In this document: positions 28,423 through 38,625 of the stretch, piece after piece
How the letters are laid out: each line of letters starts with the position of its first letter
Numbering within the stretch: the first letter of the stretch is position 1
Source of the DNA: a virus
Taxonomy: Duplodnaviria; Caudoviricetes
Reading direction: 5' to 3' (one strand)
Virus record (IMG/VR): IMGVR_UViG_3300001528_000580
Coordinates: 64,001-128,000 of that record
Length of the DNA stretch: 64,000 nt
The notes under the pieces: model-generated
Databases searched by the model: none
Seen by the model: only the letters and a program-made list of their open reading frames with translations
Told to the model about the DNA's origin: nothing
Made by a program: the position numbers and the translations under genes

Positions 28423-28698
28423 TTTTTATGCCTTTTTATTTGACTTTTAAAGGATTTTGGGCTATATTATGTGCAAACATATAAAAGGAGCTAGTAAAAA
28501 TGGATAAGAAGCAAATAGAGCCTGTTTCAGCCAAAAATAACAATAACAAATATATTCCTGACTGGTATATTGGAGAACCAAAACCTGTAAAAAAAATTAA
28601 AGATAATAAGAAAAAAGAACCTTACTTCAACGAATGGAGTTAATATTTCCTTATATTTTTATATTGTTAAAACATTATTAACAAAATATGAGGATTTT

Positions 28699-29234
28699 AT
28701 GAATGTAAATCTACCACGCTTAGTTTTAGTTGGAGAAGACGAAAAGAAACTTGGTTTAAATAATAAAGTAATTTTATTAAACAAACCAGTTATATCTATT
28801 GGTAGAAAGAATGGTAATAACGTTGTTGATTAAGTGGACATCATGCCGATATTATTATTTCCGAAAGCGCAGAGGGCGTAAAATACTTACTAATGGATAA
28901 TAATAGCACCAACAAAACATTTGTGAATGGTATGCCTGTTTTAGAAAAAGAATTGCATAACCAAGATTTAATAAGATTTGGTAAAGTTGAATTTATATTT
29001 CACGATGAGAATCAGAATGATCAATTATCATCAACTACTTTTTTAACCGATATAATAGATGATAATTGTGAAGGTGGAAAAACTGTTGAAGAAATAAAGA
29101 AAATGAATCCTATGTCAGAAAAAGAACAAAAACTTAAATTTCTTTTATTGACATTACTTATAGTATTTGGTGGTTCAATACTTATCTTAGTAATCTTTGC
29201 TTTTATTATGTTATCTCGTACTTCATTTATTTAA
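28699..29234 (+). pseudogene. FHA-domain protein with C-terminal TM, frameshifted at about 28830
   Basis: ISIGRK in the first frame, then LSGHHA...DNNSTNKTFVNG...DLIRFG in the -1 frame. Confidence 0.75.
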
Positions 29235-29269
29235 TCATATTTTTTATTTGTTTGCATGTAATAATTTTA

Positions 29270-29289
29270 TATTATTATCGATAATAATA
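29270..29289. repeat. 20-bp palindrome copy at convergent junction
   Basis: tattattatcgataataata. Confidence 0.9.
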
Positions 29290-29403
29290 TATTTTATTTT
29301 CATATTTAATAACAAAAAATAGATACTACTAATTTATAATATCTAGATAATAGTTTTTGTCAATAAATGTTATATTAATTATATGGTTTTACAATAGTTT
29401 TTG

Positions 29404-29664
29404 TCAATCTTCTTTATATTCAATATCAGTCCATTTTAATTCTTGAAGTTGAAAATATTTCCAGAAATCTTCTTTTGAGTTAATTTTATCAATTACTTCA
29501 TCAATAGCATATTCTTCATCAGAATAAACAAATGAATAAAGAGTTTTCTTATCTTTATTAATAAAAGCATTAACAACTCTATTAACCCAATATTCAGTAT
29601 CACCTTCATAGAATGGTCTTAGAAAACCAATTGGTGAATCCTTTAAAATTAATCTTCTTGTCAT
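29404..29664 (-). CDS. hypothetical protein
   Basis: ORF, RBS. Confidence 0.7.
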   Translation of the reverse strand: MTRRLILKDSPIGFLRPFYEGDTEYWVNRVVNAFINKDKKTLYSFVYSDEEYAIDEVIDKINSKEDFWKYFQLQELKWTDIEYKED

Positions 29665-29677
29665 ATTATTAAAATCC

Positions 29678-30013
29678 TTATTTTTTCAAAAGCAATTTTA
29701 ACTTTGCTTTATGTTCATTGATTGTTTTAATTTTTCTATTAATTTTATCAATAATATAATTGACACATTTTCTTTTCATCTCTTCGATTTTTTTATCACT
29801 TGCATTGAGCAAAACTGTTCTTACAGAATATTCAATATTATGGTTTGGAATAATCTTGTTTAAATTTTTTTTGGTACAATATGTATCTGGACTATCATAT
29901 TCAATTACACCATCATCACAATATTCTTCACCTTCTGATTGAATGATAGTAATTTCTGGATCAGCTCCACGATAAAGAGTTACATCAATTTCTGTTAAAA
30001 TAATCTTTTTCAA
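29678..30013 (-). CDS. hypothetical protein
   Basis: ORF, probable TTG start after AAGGA. Confidence 0.6.
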   Translation of the reverse strand: MKKIILTEIDVTLYRGADPEITIIQSEGEEYCDDGVIEYDSPDTYCTKKNLNKIIPNHNIEYSVRTVLLNASDKKIEEMKRKCVNYIIDKINRKIKTINEHKAKLKLLLKK

Positions 30014-30121
30014 TTTATTTTCCTTTTGGACAAATGATACATTTTTCAATATTTGTAAAACAAAGTCTGCAAATACCAAACTGATTATAAGAGCAATTAT
30101 TACAATTCATAATTTATCTCC

Positions 30122-30763
30122 TTATTCTATTTTTTTAATATATCTTTGAGGAAATTCAAATAAAGGTTTATTAATATATTCGTCATGAAGAGTAAAGCTA
30201 ATTGTAACAATGTTTCTTTCGGTATCTATTTTGTGAAAAATTGCAGTAGAAAGAACACTATAATCTTCATCAAGAACATAAACTTCTTCACCAATTTCAT
30301 AATGAATTTTTTCTATTGAATCATTATGAATGCTTAATGAAATTCCATCGCATAAAATAGTACAACCTTTTTTCCCAACATAAGTAATAACACCATCTTT
30401 ATAACGTCTATTAATATTGGAAATAGAATAATCATCCGTTGTAAACATAACTCTTTCGCATAAAACAAATCCTTTTTCATTTATGCTATTGATATAACGT
30501 AAATTTTTAATATTCTTATCAATCATATCGAATGTATTATTTTTATCTAATTTATATCCAAATATTTTTTGATAAACAATATTTGTCAATCCTGTTACAT
30601 CTATAATGAATTTAACATTACCATTTTGAATAATTTCAATAGTTTTTTCAATAGCTGTTTCATAATTTTCAAACATAAACGGTGAAACAATATATTTCTC
30701 ACCATTTAAATCTTTGATAATTTTATCAATTTGTTTGATATTATCTGGATTAATAATTTGCAT
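30122..30763 (-). CDS. hypothetical protein
   Basis: ORF in operon. Confidence 0.7.
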   Translation of the reverse strand: MQIINPDNIKQIDKIIKDLNGEKYIVSPFMFENYETAIEKTIEIIQNGNVKFIIDVTGLTNIVYQKIFGYKLDKNNTFDMIDKNIKNLRYINSINEKGFVLCERVMFTTDDYSISNINRRYKDGVITYVGKKGCTILCDGISLSIHNDSIEKIHYEIGEEVYVLDEDYSVLSTAIFHKIDTERNIVTISFTLHDEYINKPLFEFPQRYIKKIE

Positions 30764-30790
30764 AATTTACCTTATTATTTACCTTATTAT

Positions 30791-31057
30791 TTACCTTATG
30801 GCATAAACATTCATTTCATCAGCACGAGGATGCCAACCACCATTTTCAGAAATCATACGCTTCAAACCTTCAATCTTGAAAGTTTTATTACTACGTTTAT
30901 CTGCAATAATGACAACAGGAAGTTTTTCAACACAAACATGATTGTGTTTTGCCCATTCAGCTTGTTCGATAACAATAATATTGCTATCCATAAACCGCCC
31001 ACGATTAACAAAAGATCTCAATTCTCTAATATTCAATTCCATTTTTTTATCCTTCAA
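30791..31057 (-). CDS. hypothetical protein
   Basis: ORF in operon. Confidence 0.65.
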   Translation of the reverse strand: MKDKKMELNIRELRSFVNRGRFMDSNIIVIEQAEWAKHNHVCVEKLPVVIIADKRSNKTFKIEGLKRMISENGGWHPRADEMNVYAIR

Positions 31058-31382
31058 ATTTCATTTCATTTGCTTCTTCATAATATGATTCATATTGTGC
31101 AATATGTAAAACCAATTCTCTACACATTGCAACCCTACATTGATTAAATGCTCTTTTTGTATCTTCTTTTGTAGGATTCAATAAAGTAATTTCAGCACAT
31201 TCTACACTTGCATATATATCATCCAACGAATTTTCTGATATGTTAAAGCCAGTTTGATAATCGCAATATTGATAACCGCCACAAGTTAAACTAACTTTTT
31301 TACACTCATGATTAACAATATTTTTTACTATCTTCTTAGTAGTATGATCAATATAGATTTTTATTTTTTGAATAATATCCAT
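31047..31382 (-). CDS. hypothetical protein
   Basis: ORF in operon. Confidence 0.7.
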   Translation of the reverse strand: MDIIQKIKIYIDHTTKKIVKNIVNHECKKVSLTCGGYQYCDYQTGFNISENSLDDIYASVECAEITLLNPTKEDTKRAFNQCRVAMCRELVLHIAQYESYYEEANEMKFEG

Positions 31383-31700
31383 TTACGTTTTCATCTCCAA
31401 TAATTCTTTAAATGTTTTTTTAGTTGCCCCACCCAAACCATCAAAACACAATCCTATATCATAATTATGAACACAATCAAACAATTTCAATATTGTTTTA
31501 ATATCTTCTTGTGTGAAGTCATCACGATTAAGTCTTTCAAGAATTTTTTTATTTACTCTTTCACTATAACGATTCGGTGTTATAAAATCTTTTGAATTAG
31601 GTTTTGTTGTAAGGTTAATGGTTACAGCAATACAAACTCCTAATGCTATTTGCTCATTAAATTCACTTTTTATTTGCTTAAACAATTCGTATTTATTCAT
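31383..31700 (-). CDS. hypothetical protein
   Basis: ORF after - strand promoter. Confidence 0.7.
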   Translation of the reverse strand: MNKYELFKQIKSEFNEQIALGVCIAVTINLTTKPNSKDFITPNRYSERVNKKILERLNRDDFTQEDIKTILKLFDCVHNYDIGLCFDGLGGATKKTFKELLEMKT

Positions 31701-31817
31701 GATTATATTTCCACCATATTTATTTTGCTTCAATATACTATACACCAAAAACATTTATTTGCAACCATAAATAAAGAAATTTTCTATATTTTTTAAAATA
31801 AAAAAGGAATATAAAAG

Positions 31818-32018
31818 ATGACATTAAACGATGCAATTGATCATTGTAAAGAAGTAGCTGAAACAAATGATTGTAAACCATGTGCAAAAGATCATATTCA
31901 ATTGATGAAATGGCTACAAGAACTTGTTAAATATAGACAAGAATTCGGTGATATACATTCATATGTTGGAGATGGTAATGATTTTTTATTTGAACCTTCT
32001 GAATTTTTTAATGAATAA
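31818..32018 (+). CDS. conserved small phage protein
   Basis: MTLNDAIDHC...CAKDHIQLMKWLQEL motif. Confidence 0.75.
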   Translation: MTLNDAIDHCKEVAETNDCKPCAKDHIQLMKWLQELVKYRQEFGDIHSYVGDGNDFLFEPSEFFNE

Positions 32019-32033
32019 TTGGAGAATATAATT

Positions 32034-32507
32034 ATGCCAGCATTTATAAAAACACCAAAAGATGAAAAAATTTGGCAAGACGCTAGACAAAAAGTAGATG
32101 ATGAATATGATTATTCTGAAAATGGAGATACATATTGGAAATTAGTTAATAGTATATATCATAAGATGAGAAAGAATGCTGAATTAGAAATAGCTTCTGA
32201 ATTATTTGACAATATTAAAGATGATGATAAGATAAATACTTTACCTGATGATATTATTACCGAATTAAAACAAAGAAATTATATTGCCAAAGAAAAAGTA
32301 TTAACTAATCAATCAGAGGAAATACTAAAAGGTGGCATTGATTTAATGTTAGATAATCTTGAATCATTATTTAAAGATTATCCAGAGTCATATAAAGAGT
32401 TAGTAGATTACTGGAATACAAATGAGTTCAGAGTTGGCACTTTATATTTAATTGAAGATTTAGAAAATCCAAATAATATTACATTTAAAATATCATTACG
32501 TTTTTAA
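32034..32507 (+). CDS. hypothetical protein, N-terminal ChaB-like helix motif
   Basis: MPAFIKTPKDEKIWQDA...YWKLVNSIYHKM. Confidence 0.65.
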   Translation: MPAFIKTPKDEKIWQDARQKVDDEYDYSENGDTYWKLVNSIYHKMRKNAELEIASELFDNIKDDDKINTLPDDIITELKQRNYIAKEKVLTNQSEEILKGGIDLMLDNLESLFKDYPESYKELVDYWNTNEFRVGTLYLIEDLENPNNITFKISLRF

Positions 32508-32525
32508 GTATGAAAGGAATTTAAT

Positions 32526-32921
32526 ATGAAAGTACATTTTAGTCAAAAAGAATTAAAAATAGCTTCTGGTTTATTTAATTGGATGAAAAAAGATAATAAT
32601 AGTGAAAATGATATAAAAGTATTATATTATGCTATCCCAAATGAGTTTCAAGATTATGTAGAGAGAAATGGCTTAGACAAAGATATTGATGGAAGTACTT
32701 TATTATTACATGAAAACAAAAAATCTGCTATTGCTTTTACAGAAGCTAATATGATTGATATTGATAATGAATATTCTGGTGAAGCGGTTGTTTTTGAAAT
32801 TAAAACAAAAGATTTAGATATCAATAAATTAAAACCAAGCAGCAAATACAAACGTAGTTCCGATAGAATATTTGAATATACTGATAAAATACCATATAAT
32901 AAATTAAAAGAAGTTAGATAA
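32526..32921 (+). CDS. possible ADP-ribosyltransferase-fold protein
   Basis: LYY...VERNGL...VVFEI...FEYTDKIP pattern. Confidence 0.45.
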   Translation: MKVHFSQKELKIASGLFNWMKKDNNSENDIKVLYYAIPNEFQDYVERNGLDKDIDGSTLLLHENKKSAIAFTEANMIDIDNEYSGEAVVFEIKTKDLDINKLKPSSKYKRSSDRIFEYTDKIPYNKLKEVR

Positions 32922-33152
32922 TTTTAAAGGTGGTTTGGTAATATTATTAAACCACCTTTTTAAATCTTCATAAATATATTAAAAACAAACTTTATTCCAA
33001 TATTCTATCATATCTTTTAGTTCATTTATATAAAATGAAATAATTTTAATCATTACTTCATCTTTATTATCCATAGCAGATTTTAATTTATTTTCTTGTT
33101 CACTTAATCTTTCAGTTAAAAAATATAATATTTCACTATTTGTTTCCATAAT

Positions 33153-33347
33153 TTAATCCTTCTTTCTCATGACAACCCAATCAAAAAATATTCCATAATG
33201 AATATCACCAATAGGTTCGTATTGATCAGGAGATAACCTATCAAGTTCATTCATAATATCTATTAATTCATCAAGACGTGTTCTTAACAATAATATATAT
33301 TTGTTTCCAACACGTTTTTTTAATTCTTTTTTACTTAACAATAACAT
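33153..33347 (-). CDS. hypothetical protein
   Basis: ORF in operon. Confidence 0.55.
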   Translation of the reverse strand: MLLLSKKELKKRVGNKYILLLRTRLDELIDIMNELDRLSPDQYEPIGDIHYGIFFDWVVMRKKD

Positions 33348-33666
33348 TATTCTCTTCCAATTTTTTATCAATATTATCTTTATCAATTAAAAGATTGGCA
33401 ATAATGTTACCAAACAATAAGATGATATGTTCTAATATTTTATATATTCCATAAAACACTGACAAAACTAATATAACAATTGATGCTAAAACAATTGTTA
33501 TAATAAAACATGGGTAAAATAATAAGATAGTAAAAAACATAGAACCTAATTCTATTCTATTATTAATATCAATTCTATTTCTTAATGGTTTGACATGTTT
33601 TATTAATGTAAACCATACAATATTAATAACTAACCCAATCAGAAGATAAATAATAACAAAGTTCAT
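33331..33666 (-). CDS. membrane protein
   Basis: TM segments. Confidence 0.7.
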   Translation of the reverse strand: MNFVIIYLLIGLVINIVWFTLIKHVKPLRNRIDINNRIELGSMFFTILLFYPCFIITIVLASIVILVLSVFYGIYKILEHIILLFGNIIANLLIDKDNIDKKLEENNVIVK

Positions 33667-33667
33667 T

Positions 33668-33871
33668 TTATTCTCCCTTGTACATTTGTTCTAACATTTT
33701 ATATTTATATTCCAATTCCATATCTTTGGCTTTATAAACATATTTATCATTTAAACAACAAGAGTGAAAAAGACATATAACGAGTAAAAGCCATGCAACA
33801 AACCAAAATATTTTCCATAAATTCTTAACAAAATTATCACCAATCTCAATACAAATTATCTTTTTATCCAT
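33668..33871 (-). CDS. membrane protein
   Basis: TM segment. Confidence 0.65.
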   Translation of the reverse strand: MDKKIICIEIGDNFVKNLWKIFWFVAWLLLVICLFHSCCLNDKYVYKAKDMELEYKYKMLEQMYKGE

Positions 33872-34094
33872 TTTCTTTCCTCAATATATTTCTTATATGA
33901 AATGTTTTGATATTATTACTTTTATCTTTGTAACAACTCAACTTATACAATTTTCCTGTATAAGAAAATGTAGTAGAATATCCATTCCAAATTATCATGA
34001 AATATTTTATTTGTTCTCCTTGACAAACAAAATGATCACGAACAATCGTAATTTGAAACATTGATATTAAAAATTGTTTTATTGCTTTAAACAT
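33864..34094 (-). CDS. hypothetical protein
   Basis: ORF in operon. Confidence 0.6.
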   Translation of the reverse strand: MFKAIKQFLISMFQITIVRDHFVCQGEQIKYFMIIWNGYSTTFSYTGKLYKLSCYKDKSNNIKTFHIRNILRKENG

Positions 34095-34297
34095 AATTCC
34101 GAATCTTTAAGAACACTGAAATTTCCTATCTTACTTTTCTTCTTTATCATCATAAATAAACTATCAGCTTCTTTTGTTAAGTTTTTTATTTCTTTATTAG
34201 CTTTTATAGTATCTTCTACTGATAAATTAGGTAGAGTATTCTTGATTTCCTTTATCTTTTTATGTATACTAATATATTCTTCTATACTACTCTGCAT
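34079..34297 (-). CDS. hypothetical protein
   Basis: ORF, RBS. Confidence 0.65.
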   Translation of the reverse strand: MQSSIEEYISIHKKIKEIKNTLPNLSVEDTIKANKEIKNLTKEADSLFMMIKKKSKIGNFSVLKDSELCLKQ

Positions 34298-34418
34298 TCC
34301 TTATGCCTTATTCTTTTTCATTATAGTAATATACACTTTATTTTGATTTTTTCAAGTCCAAGTACTTGATTTTTTAAAAAATTGGTGTATGTTATATATA
34401 TTAAAAAAGGAATATATC

Positions 34419-34877
34419 ATGAGCAAGAAAATTAATACAACTTTTACACAATATCGATGCACAGAATGCGGAAATGTATATTCCTCTGAATGGCAAGCAA
34501 ACGAATGCGAACAAAAAGATATTTTCAAAAGAAATGTAACTCCAAAGTTCAATACTACCGATCATGTTATTTATGATAACAACAGTAAGGCTATTGGAGT
34601 TATTGTATCTTATTGTCCTGATTTTTATTTCAAAGATATTTTGAATAAAAGAGAACAAAAGTCAATTGAATATTGTTACAAAATAAAAACAAATGGTAAT
34701 ATGATGATGGATTGTTTTGAATCAGAACTTGTATTATTCAAAACAAAAAATGATATTATCGAAGAAGGAAAAAGAATTAAACAACTTGCAAATGATATTC
34801 ATGTTGATGGTATGAAAGTATATCATCAATGGGATCAAAAACAATGTAAGTGGATTATTATTATCGAAGAAATTTAA
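34419..34877 (+). CDS. hypothetical protein with Zn-finger-like N-terminus
   Basis: YRCTECG...ANECE; promoter and RBS. Confidence 0.7.
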   Translation: MSKKINTTFTQYRCTECGNVYSSEWQANECEQKDIFKRNVTPKFNTTDHVIYDNNSKAIGVIVSYCPDFYFKDILNKREQKSIEYCYKIKTNGNMMMDCFESELVLFKTKNDIIEEGKRIKQLANDIHVDGMKVYHQWDQKQCKWIIIIEEI

Positions 34878-34944
34878 AAAAGAAAGGAATATATTATGAA
34901 TGCTTTTGATGATGTTACATGGTAAGAAAGGAGATTAATATAAA

Positions 34945-35133
34945 ATGATTCTTGGATATATTTATGGTGGATTAATTACCACTATACTTTTTGCTTTCAT
35001 TCTCACAATAAATAATTCATGGAATAAATATAAAAAAGATAAATTAATTAAAATTTTTATGTTTATATTTATCTTCTGGATATTTGTTATTCCATTTATG
35101 TTTATCTGTTTAATTAAAAATACCACAAAATAA
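34945..35133 (+). CDS. membrane protein
   Basis: TM segments, AGGAG RBS. Confidence 0.65.
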   Translation: MILGYIYGGLITTILFAFILTINNSWNKYKKDKLIKIFMFIFIFWIFVIPFMFICLIKNTTK

Positions 35134-35290
35134 TAAAAATAATTTTTAGGAACTTTATTAGTTCCTTTTTTGTTATCATAATATGCCTTTAATTTAATTC
35201 TTTGGCACTTCTCATTGCGATTATATTATTTTACAAGTAAATATACTCACACAAACTATATCGTTGTTCTATGGCGTTGTATTTTAATTA

Positions 35291-35310
35291 TATTATTATC
35301 GATAATAATA
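35291..35310. repeat. 20-bp palindrome copy at convergent junction
   Basis: tattattatcgataataata. Confidence 0.9.
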
Positions 35311-35642
35311 TATATTTATTCTTGTAAAAACAAAATAAAAAATATTATTCTATTATTATATCTAATAAAATATAATAACAAAACAATATTCACAAAGATT
35401 TATTCGCAAAATTATTTCTAAACTATATTTTCGCACAATATATAGCACAAAAATCAGTCGCAATTTATTTCTAACTACGTATTCATAATATAAAACGCAC
35501 AATATCTATGAAACAATTCGTTTCAATATAAATACAATCATCTATTGTAATGTTTTGTGCGAAAATTATTAATAGATTAGATAAATATCTACGAAAATTA
35601 TCAAAAAGATTAAAAAATAAGATGAATATCTAATCTTTTCTC

Positions 35643-35738
35643 AAAATGTGTCGCCTAATCTATAAAATTTTCAATTCTAAATCTAATCTGCTGCCGCCAG
35701 TCAAAAATTTTTTTAGATTTTTTGGATTTTGGAAAATC
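35643..35738. repeat. about 95-bp dispersed element, copy 1
   Basis: aaaatgtgtcg.ctaatct...aaaattttttttagattttttggatttt; copy 2 at 42399-42494. Confidence 0.7.
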
Positions 35739-35985
35739 AGATTTTTTGGAAATTCCTAGCTGTATTATTTTTATTTTTTATAATAGTTCTTACAATCTGT
35801 TGATATGCCCAATTATATTTTTCTGGTGACATTTTTTCAATACCACCTTCATATAATCTTAGAAAAAATTGTTTTTGTTTATCTGTTAATTTAGAATATA
35901 CATTTATCAATTCTTTCTTTTTAAAATCATTCGCCAAATCTTCTAAAGAGGCAAATGAATATTCTTTCATATTATATATTTTCAT
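35737..35985 (-). CDS. hypothetical protein
   Basis: ORF in operon. Confidence 0.7.
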   Translation of the reverse strand: MKIYNMKEYSFASLEDLANDFKKKELINVYSKLTDKQKQFFLRLYEGGIEKMSPEKYNWAYQQIVRTIIKNKNNTARNFQKI

Positions 35986-35987
35986 TT

Positions 35988-36170
35988 TTATTCCACCACC
36001 AAAGGAGCAGCATTTAAATCTACTCTACGAATTGTACTAATAGAAGTAATAACGCCAAGCTCTTCAAGTTTTATATCATCTATTGGATGAATGAAAACAG
36101 GTCTTGTTTTATCTTCTATTTTATTTAACTTATCAATTAATTCCTGAACAGTAATAATTTTTCTATTCAT
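35988..36170 (-). CDS. hypothetical protein
   Basis: ITVQELIDKL motif. Confidence 0.7.
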   Translation of the reverse strand: MNRKIITVQELIDKLNKIEDKTRPVFIHPIDDIKLEELGVITSISTIRRVDLNAAPLVVE

Positions 36171-36192
36171 CTTCTTCCTTTCTACAATGTTT

Positions 36193-36504
36193 TTATTTCA
36201 TCAATATTTTATTATTAAACATAATTAATTTAGTTTTAAAATCAGGTTGAACAAATGTTTTTTTATTTTTATCTAAATTCAATTGTTTTATAACATTATA
36301 AATATATCCAGTACATTGTATGCACTTATCTATAATTTTCTTATCCCAATCTGTTGTTTCGATAATGATAGTATCAACATTAAGTTCTTTGAAACGTACT
36401 TGATATTTTTTCATATCATCTAAATCATTACCTATTGAAAGTATAGTTGCTTTAATAGGTAATTTTTCATGAATATCAATTAATGTAAATTGTCTTTTAT
36501 TCAT
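36193..36504 (-). CDS. hypothetical protein
   Basis: ORF in operon. Confidence 0.7.
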   Translation of the reverse strand: MNKRQFTLIDIHEKLPIKATILSIGNDLDDMKKYQVRFKELNVDTIIIETTDWDKKIIDKCIQCTGYIYNVIKQLNLDKNKKTFVQPDFKTKLIMFNNKILMK

Positions 36505-36506
36505 AT

Positions 36507-37085
36507 CTAAATTCCTTGATTTAACAAACGTTTATTTCTTATTGCAATACTTCTTTTCTTATCGCAAAATTCACAATATTTTTTGTGATAAGTAGACATA
36601 GGATGTAACGAAAAAATTTGTCTCATAATTGGAATTGAAATTCCTTGTTTATTCATTTTCTTAAAATCAAAATAATATTTCTGCCATCCCCAATCTTCGT
36701 GTTCATAATCTACATCAACATATTCTATTTTGCCATCATGTTTATTGATAGCATAATAATATTCTACTTTATTAAAAAGATGAGGATAATGTTTATATAA
36801 CCATTTGACTTGTTTCTTTGTCATTGTTTTGTTATATTCTTCAATCTTCTTCAAACGCTTTTTATTTTGTACTCTATATTGAATAGCGTTCTGTTCTCTT
36901 ATATTATCTTGTTTTTGTTTTTCTTTATTTTCAAGCTCTGTAAGTTTTGCAACTAATTCAGCTCTTTCAATTTTTCCTTCTTTAGAACGAGGATCATGTT
37001 TCGGAAATTGATTATACTTTTGCATAAGTCTTAATCCTCTACGTATTTCACGCCTATACAACACATCTTCCGAAACGTTACTCAT
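36507..37085 (-). CDS. hypothetical protein
   Basis: ORF in operon. Confidence 0.7.
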   Translation of the reverse strand: MSNVSEDVLYRREIRRGLRLMQKYNQFPKHDPRSKEGKIERAELVAKLTELENKEKQKQDNIREQNAIQYRVQNKKRLKKIEEYNKTMTKKQVKWLYKHYPHLFNKVEYYYAINKHDGKIEYVDVDYEHEDWGWQKYYFDFKKMNKQGISIPIMRQIFSLHPMSTYHKKYCEFCDKKRSIAIRNKRLLNQGI

Positions 37086-37087
37086 TT

Positions 37088-37420
37088 TTAAACCTCAACT
37101 AATTTATAATTTATTTCAACTTGACAACATTTATTTTTGTCAATTAAATTATCTATATTATTAAAGAAATTTACTAAATCTTCTAAACTAACAACATGAA
37201 ATTGATCGCCTATTTCTTTTCTATCTATTGACAATATACTAAAATTAGCTATTTTAATATTATTTTTAAAAAAGTCATTTTTTTCTTGTTCTGAATCAAA
37301 TTTAATATGTTGGTTTTGTTCTAAAAATCTTTCAATATTTATTTTTCTAAATTCATCTTTATCTTGTACATTTGTACTCGAATGTCCGACACTTTTTACA
37401 AGTTTTAAAAATACACTCAT
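37088..37420 (-). CDS. hypothetical protein (tandem paralog A)
   Basis: Shares DEFxxINxERxL...HIKxDSEQ...NFSI with the next ORF. Confidence 0.75.
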   Translation of the reverse strand: MSVFLKLVKSVGHSSTNVQDKDEFRKINIERFLEQNQHIKFDSEQEKNDFFKNNIKIANFSILSIDRKEIGDQFHVVSLEDLVNFFNNIDNLIDKNKCCQVEINYKLVEV

Positions 37421-37422
37421 TT

Positions 37423-37752
37423 TTAATCTTTTCTTTTAATAATTAGTTTGTAATATATTGACATGTGATCACTTTTATATTTACTAATCAAATCTTCTAT
37501 ATTAAATAAATTTATCAAATCTGCAAAACTAATAATATTAAATTCATTGGTTATATCTTTTTTATCCATTGTTTGTATACTAAAATTAGTTACTTTAATA
37601 TTATTTTTAATAAAATCATTTTCATCTTGCTCTGAATCTAATTTAATATGTGGATTTATTTTTAAAAGTCTTTCTAAATTGATATTTTTAAATTCATCGT
37701 CATTCTCTAATGTTTTATTTGGATAACCATTATTTGTTAATATTTTTATCAT
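37423..37752 (-). CDS. hypothetical protein (tandem paralog B)
   Basis: As above. Confidence 0.75.
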   Translation of the reverse strand: MIKILTNNGYPNKTLENDDEFKNINLERLLKINPHIKLDSEQDENDFIKNNIKVTNFSIQTMDKKDITNEFNIISFADLINLFNIEDLISKYKSDHMSIYYKLIIKRKD

Positions 37753-37753
37753 T

Positions 37754-38092
37754 TTATATTTTCTTATATCTAGTTACAGTTACTTCATATGGTTCAACTT
37801 CTTCGAGATCTTTAATAGTAAAATGAAATCCCAAATCTTCTGCACTATCACCACCATCACTTTTTGATTTTAAATATGGGAAACTAAAATGTTTATCTCC
37901 AAATTTATATATTGCTTCATATAAGAAGTACCAACGATGTTCATCTTCATTTTGTAAACAAATTGGTGTTTCTTCTTTGATACATTCCAACAATATATCT
38001 TCTGATAGGTTATTATTATACTTTTTTGTAAACTCTGGATCAATTTTAGAATAGTATTGGTTTAAATAATTTATTTTTTCTTCATTTGTCAT
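37754..38092 (-). CDS. hypothetical protein
   Basis: EHRWY...EVEPYEVTVTRY phage motif. Confidence 0.75.
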   Translation of the reverse strand: MTNEEKINYLNQYYSKIDPEFTKKYNNNLSEDILLECIKEETPICLQNEDEHRWYFLYEAIYKFGDKHFSFPYLKSKSDGGDSAEDLGFHFTIKDLEEVEPYEVTVTRYKKI

Positions 38093-38103
38093 CTTTTATT
38101 TCC

Positions 38104-38613
38104 TTATAAATTATAATCTTTTTTATTTTGTTCAGCACATTCTTTACAAATTCTTGACAACCATCCTTTGGTTGTTACAATAGGATTGTTTTTATCATTA
38201 TCATGACCACATATTTCACATTTATAATAACAATCATGAGCTGTTTTTCTATATAGATCAATGTATATTTTATGAACCATATCTATAACATTCTTCTGCT
38301 CATCAGTTAATTTTAATTCTTTACCTTCTGTAACAGAATATCTTATTGTTTCATATATAGTTAGTTCAGCAAATTTTTCTTTAATCTGCAATGCTGTTAA
38401 TTTAGCATCTGTTTTATAATCAGTTAATACTTTATTAAGAAATGCAGTTTTTTCAGCTAGTTTTGCTAACGGCATAAACCAACCATCTCCACATTCGCAA
38501 CCCCAATACATACAAGTATCCATTTGATCCTTTTTCTTATTTTTACATGCAATTAAATCTTCATAAAAAATAGGATCAATTTCACATAATTCATTTTCTA
38601 GTTCTTTTCTCAT
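38104..38613 (-). CDS. conserved phage protein with Zn ribbon
   Basis: ECGDGW, QIKEKFAEL, CEICG..GWL..C. Confidence 0.75.
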   Translation of the reverse strand: MRKELENELCEIDPIFYEDLIACKNKKKDQMDTCMYWGCECGDGWFMPLAKLAEKTAFLNKVLTDYKTDAKLTALQIKEKFAELTIYETIRYSVTEGKELKLTDEQKNVIDMVHKIYIDLYRKTAHDCYYKCEICGHDNDKNNPIVTTKGWLSRICKECAEQNKKDYNL

Positions 38614-38625
38614 TTTATAATCTCC

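Noticed and set aside
30765-30800. ATTTACCTTATT x3 tandem repeat
   Set aside because: A short slippage duplication of a stop/RBS segment with no further structure.
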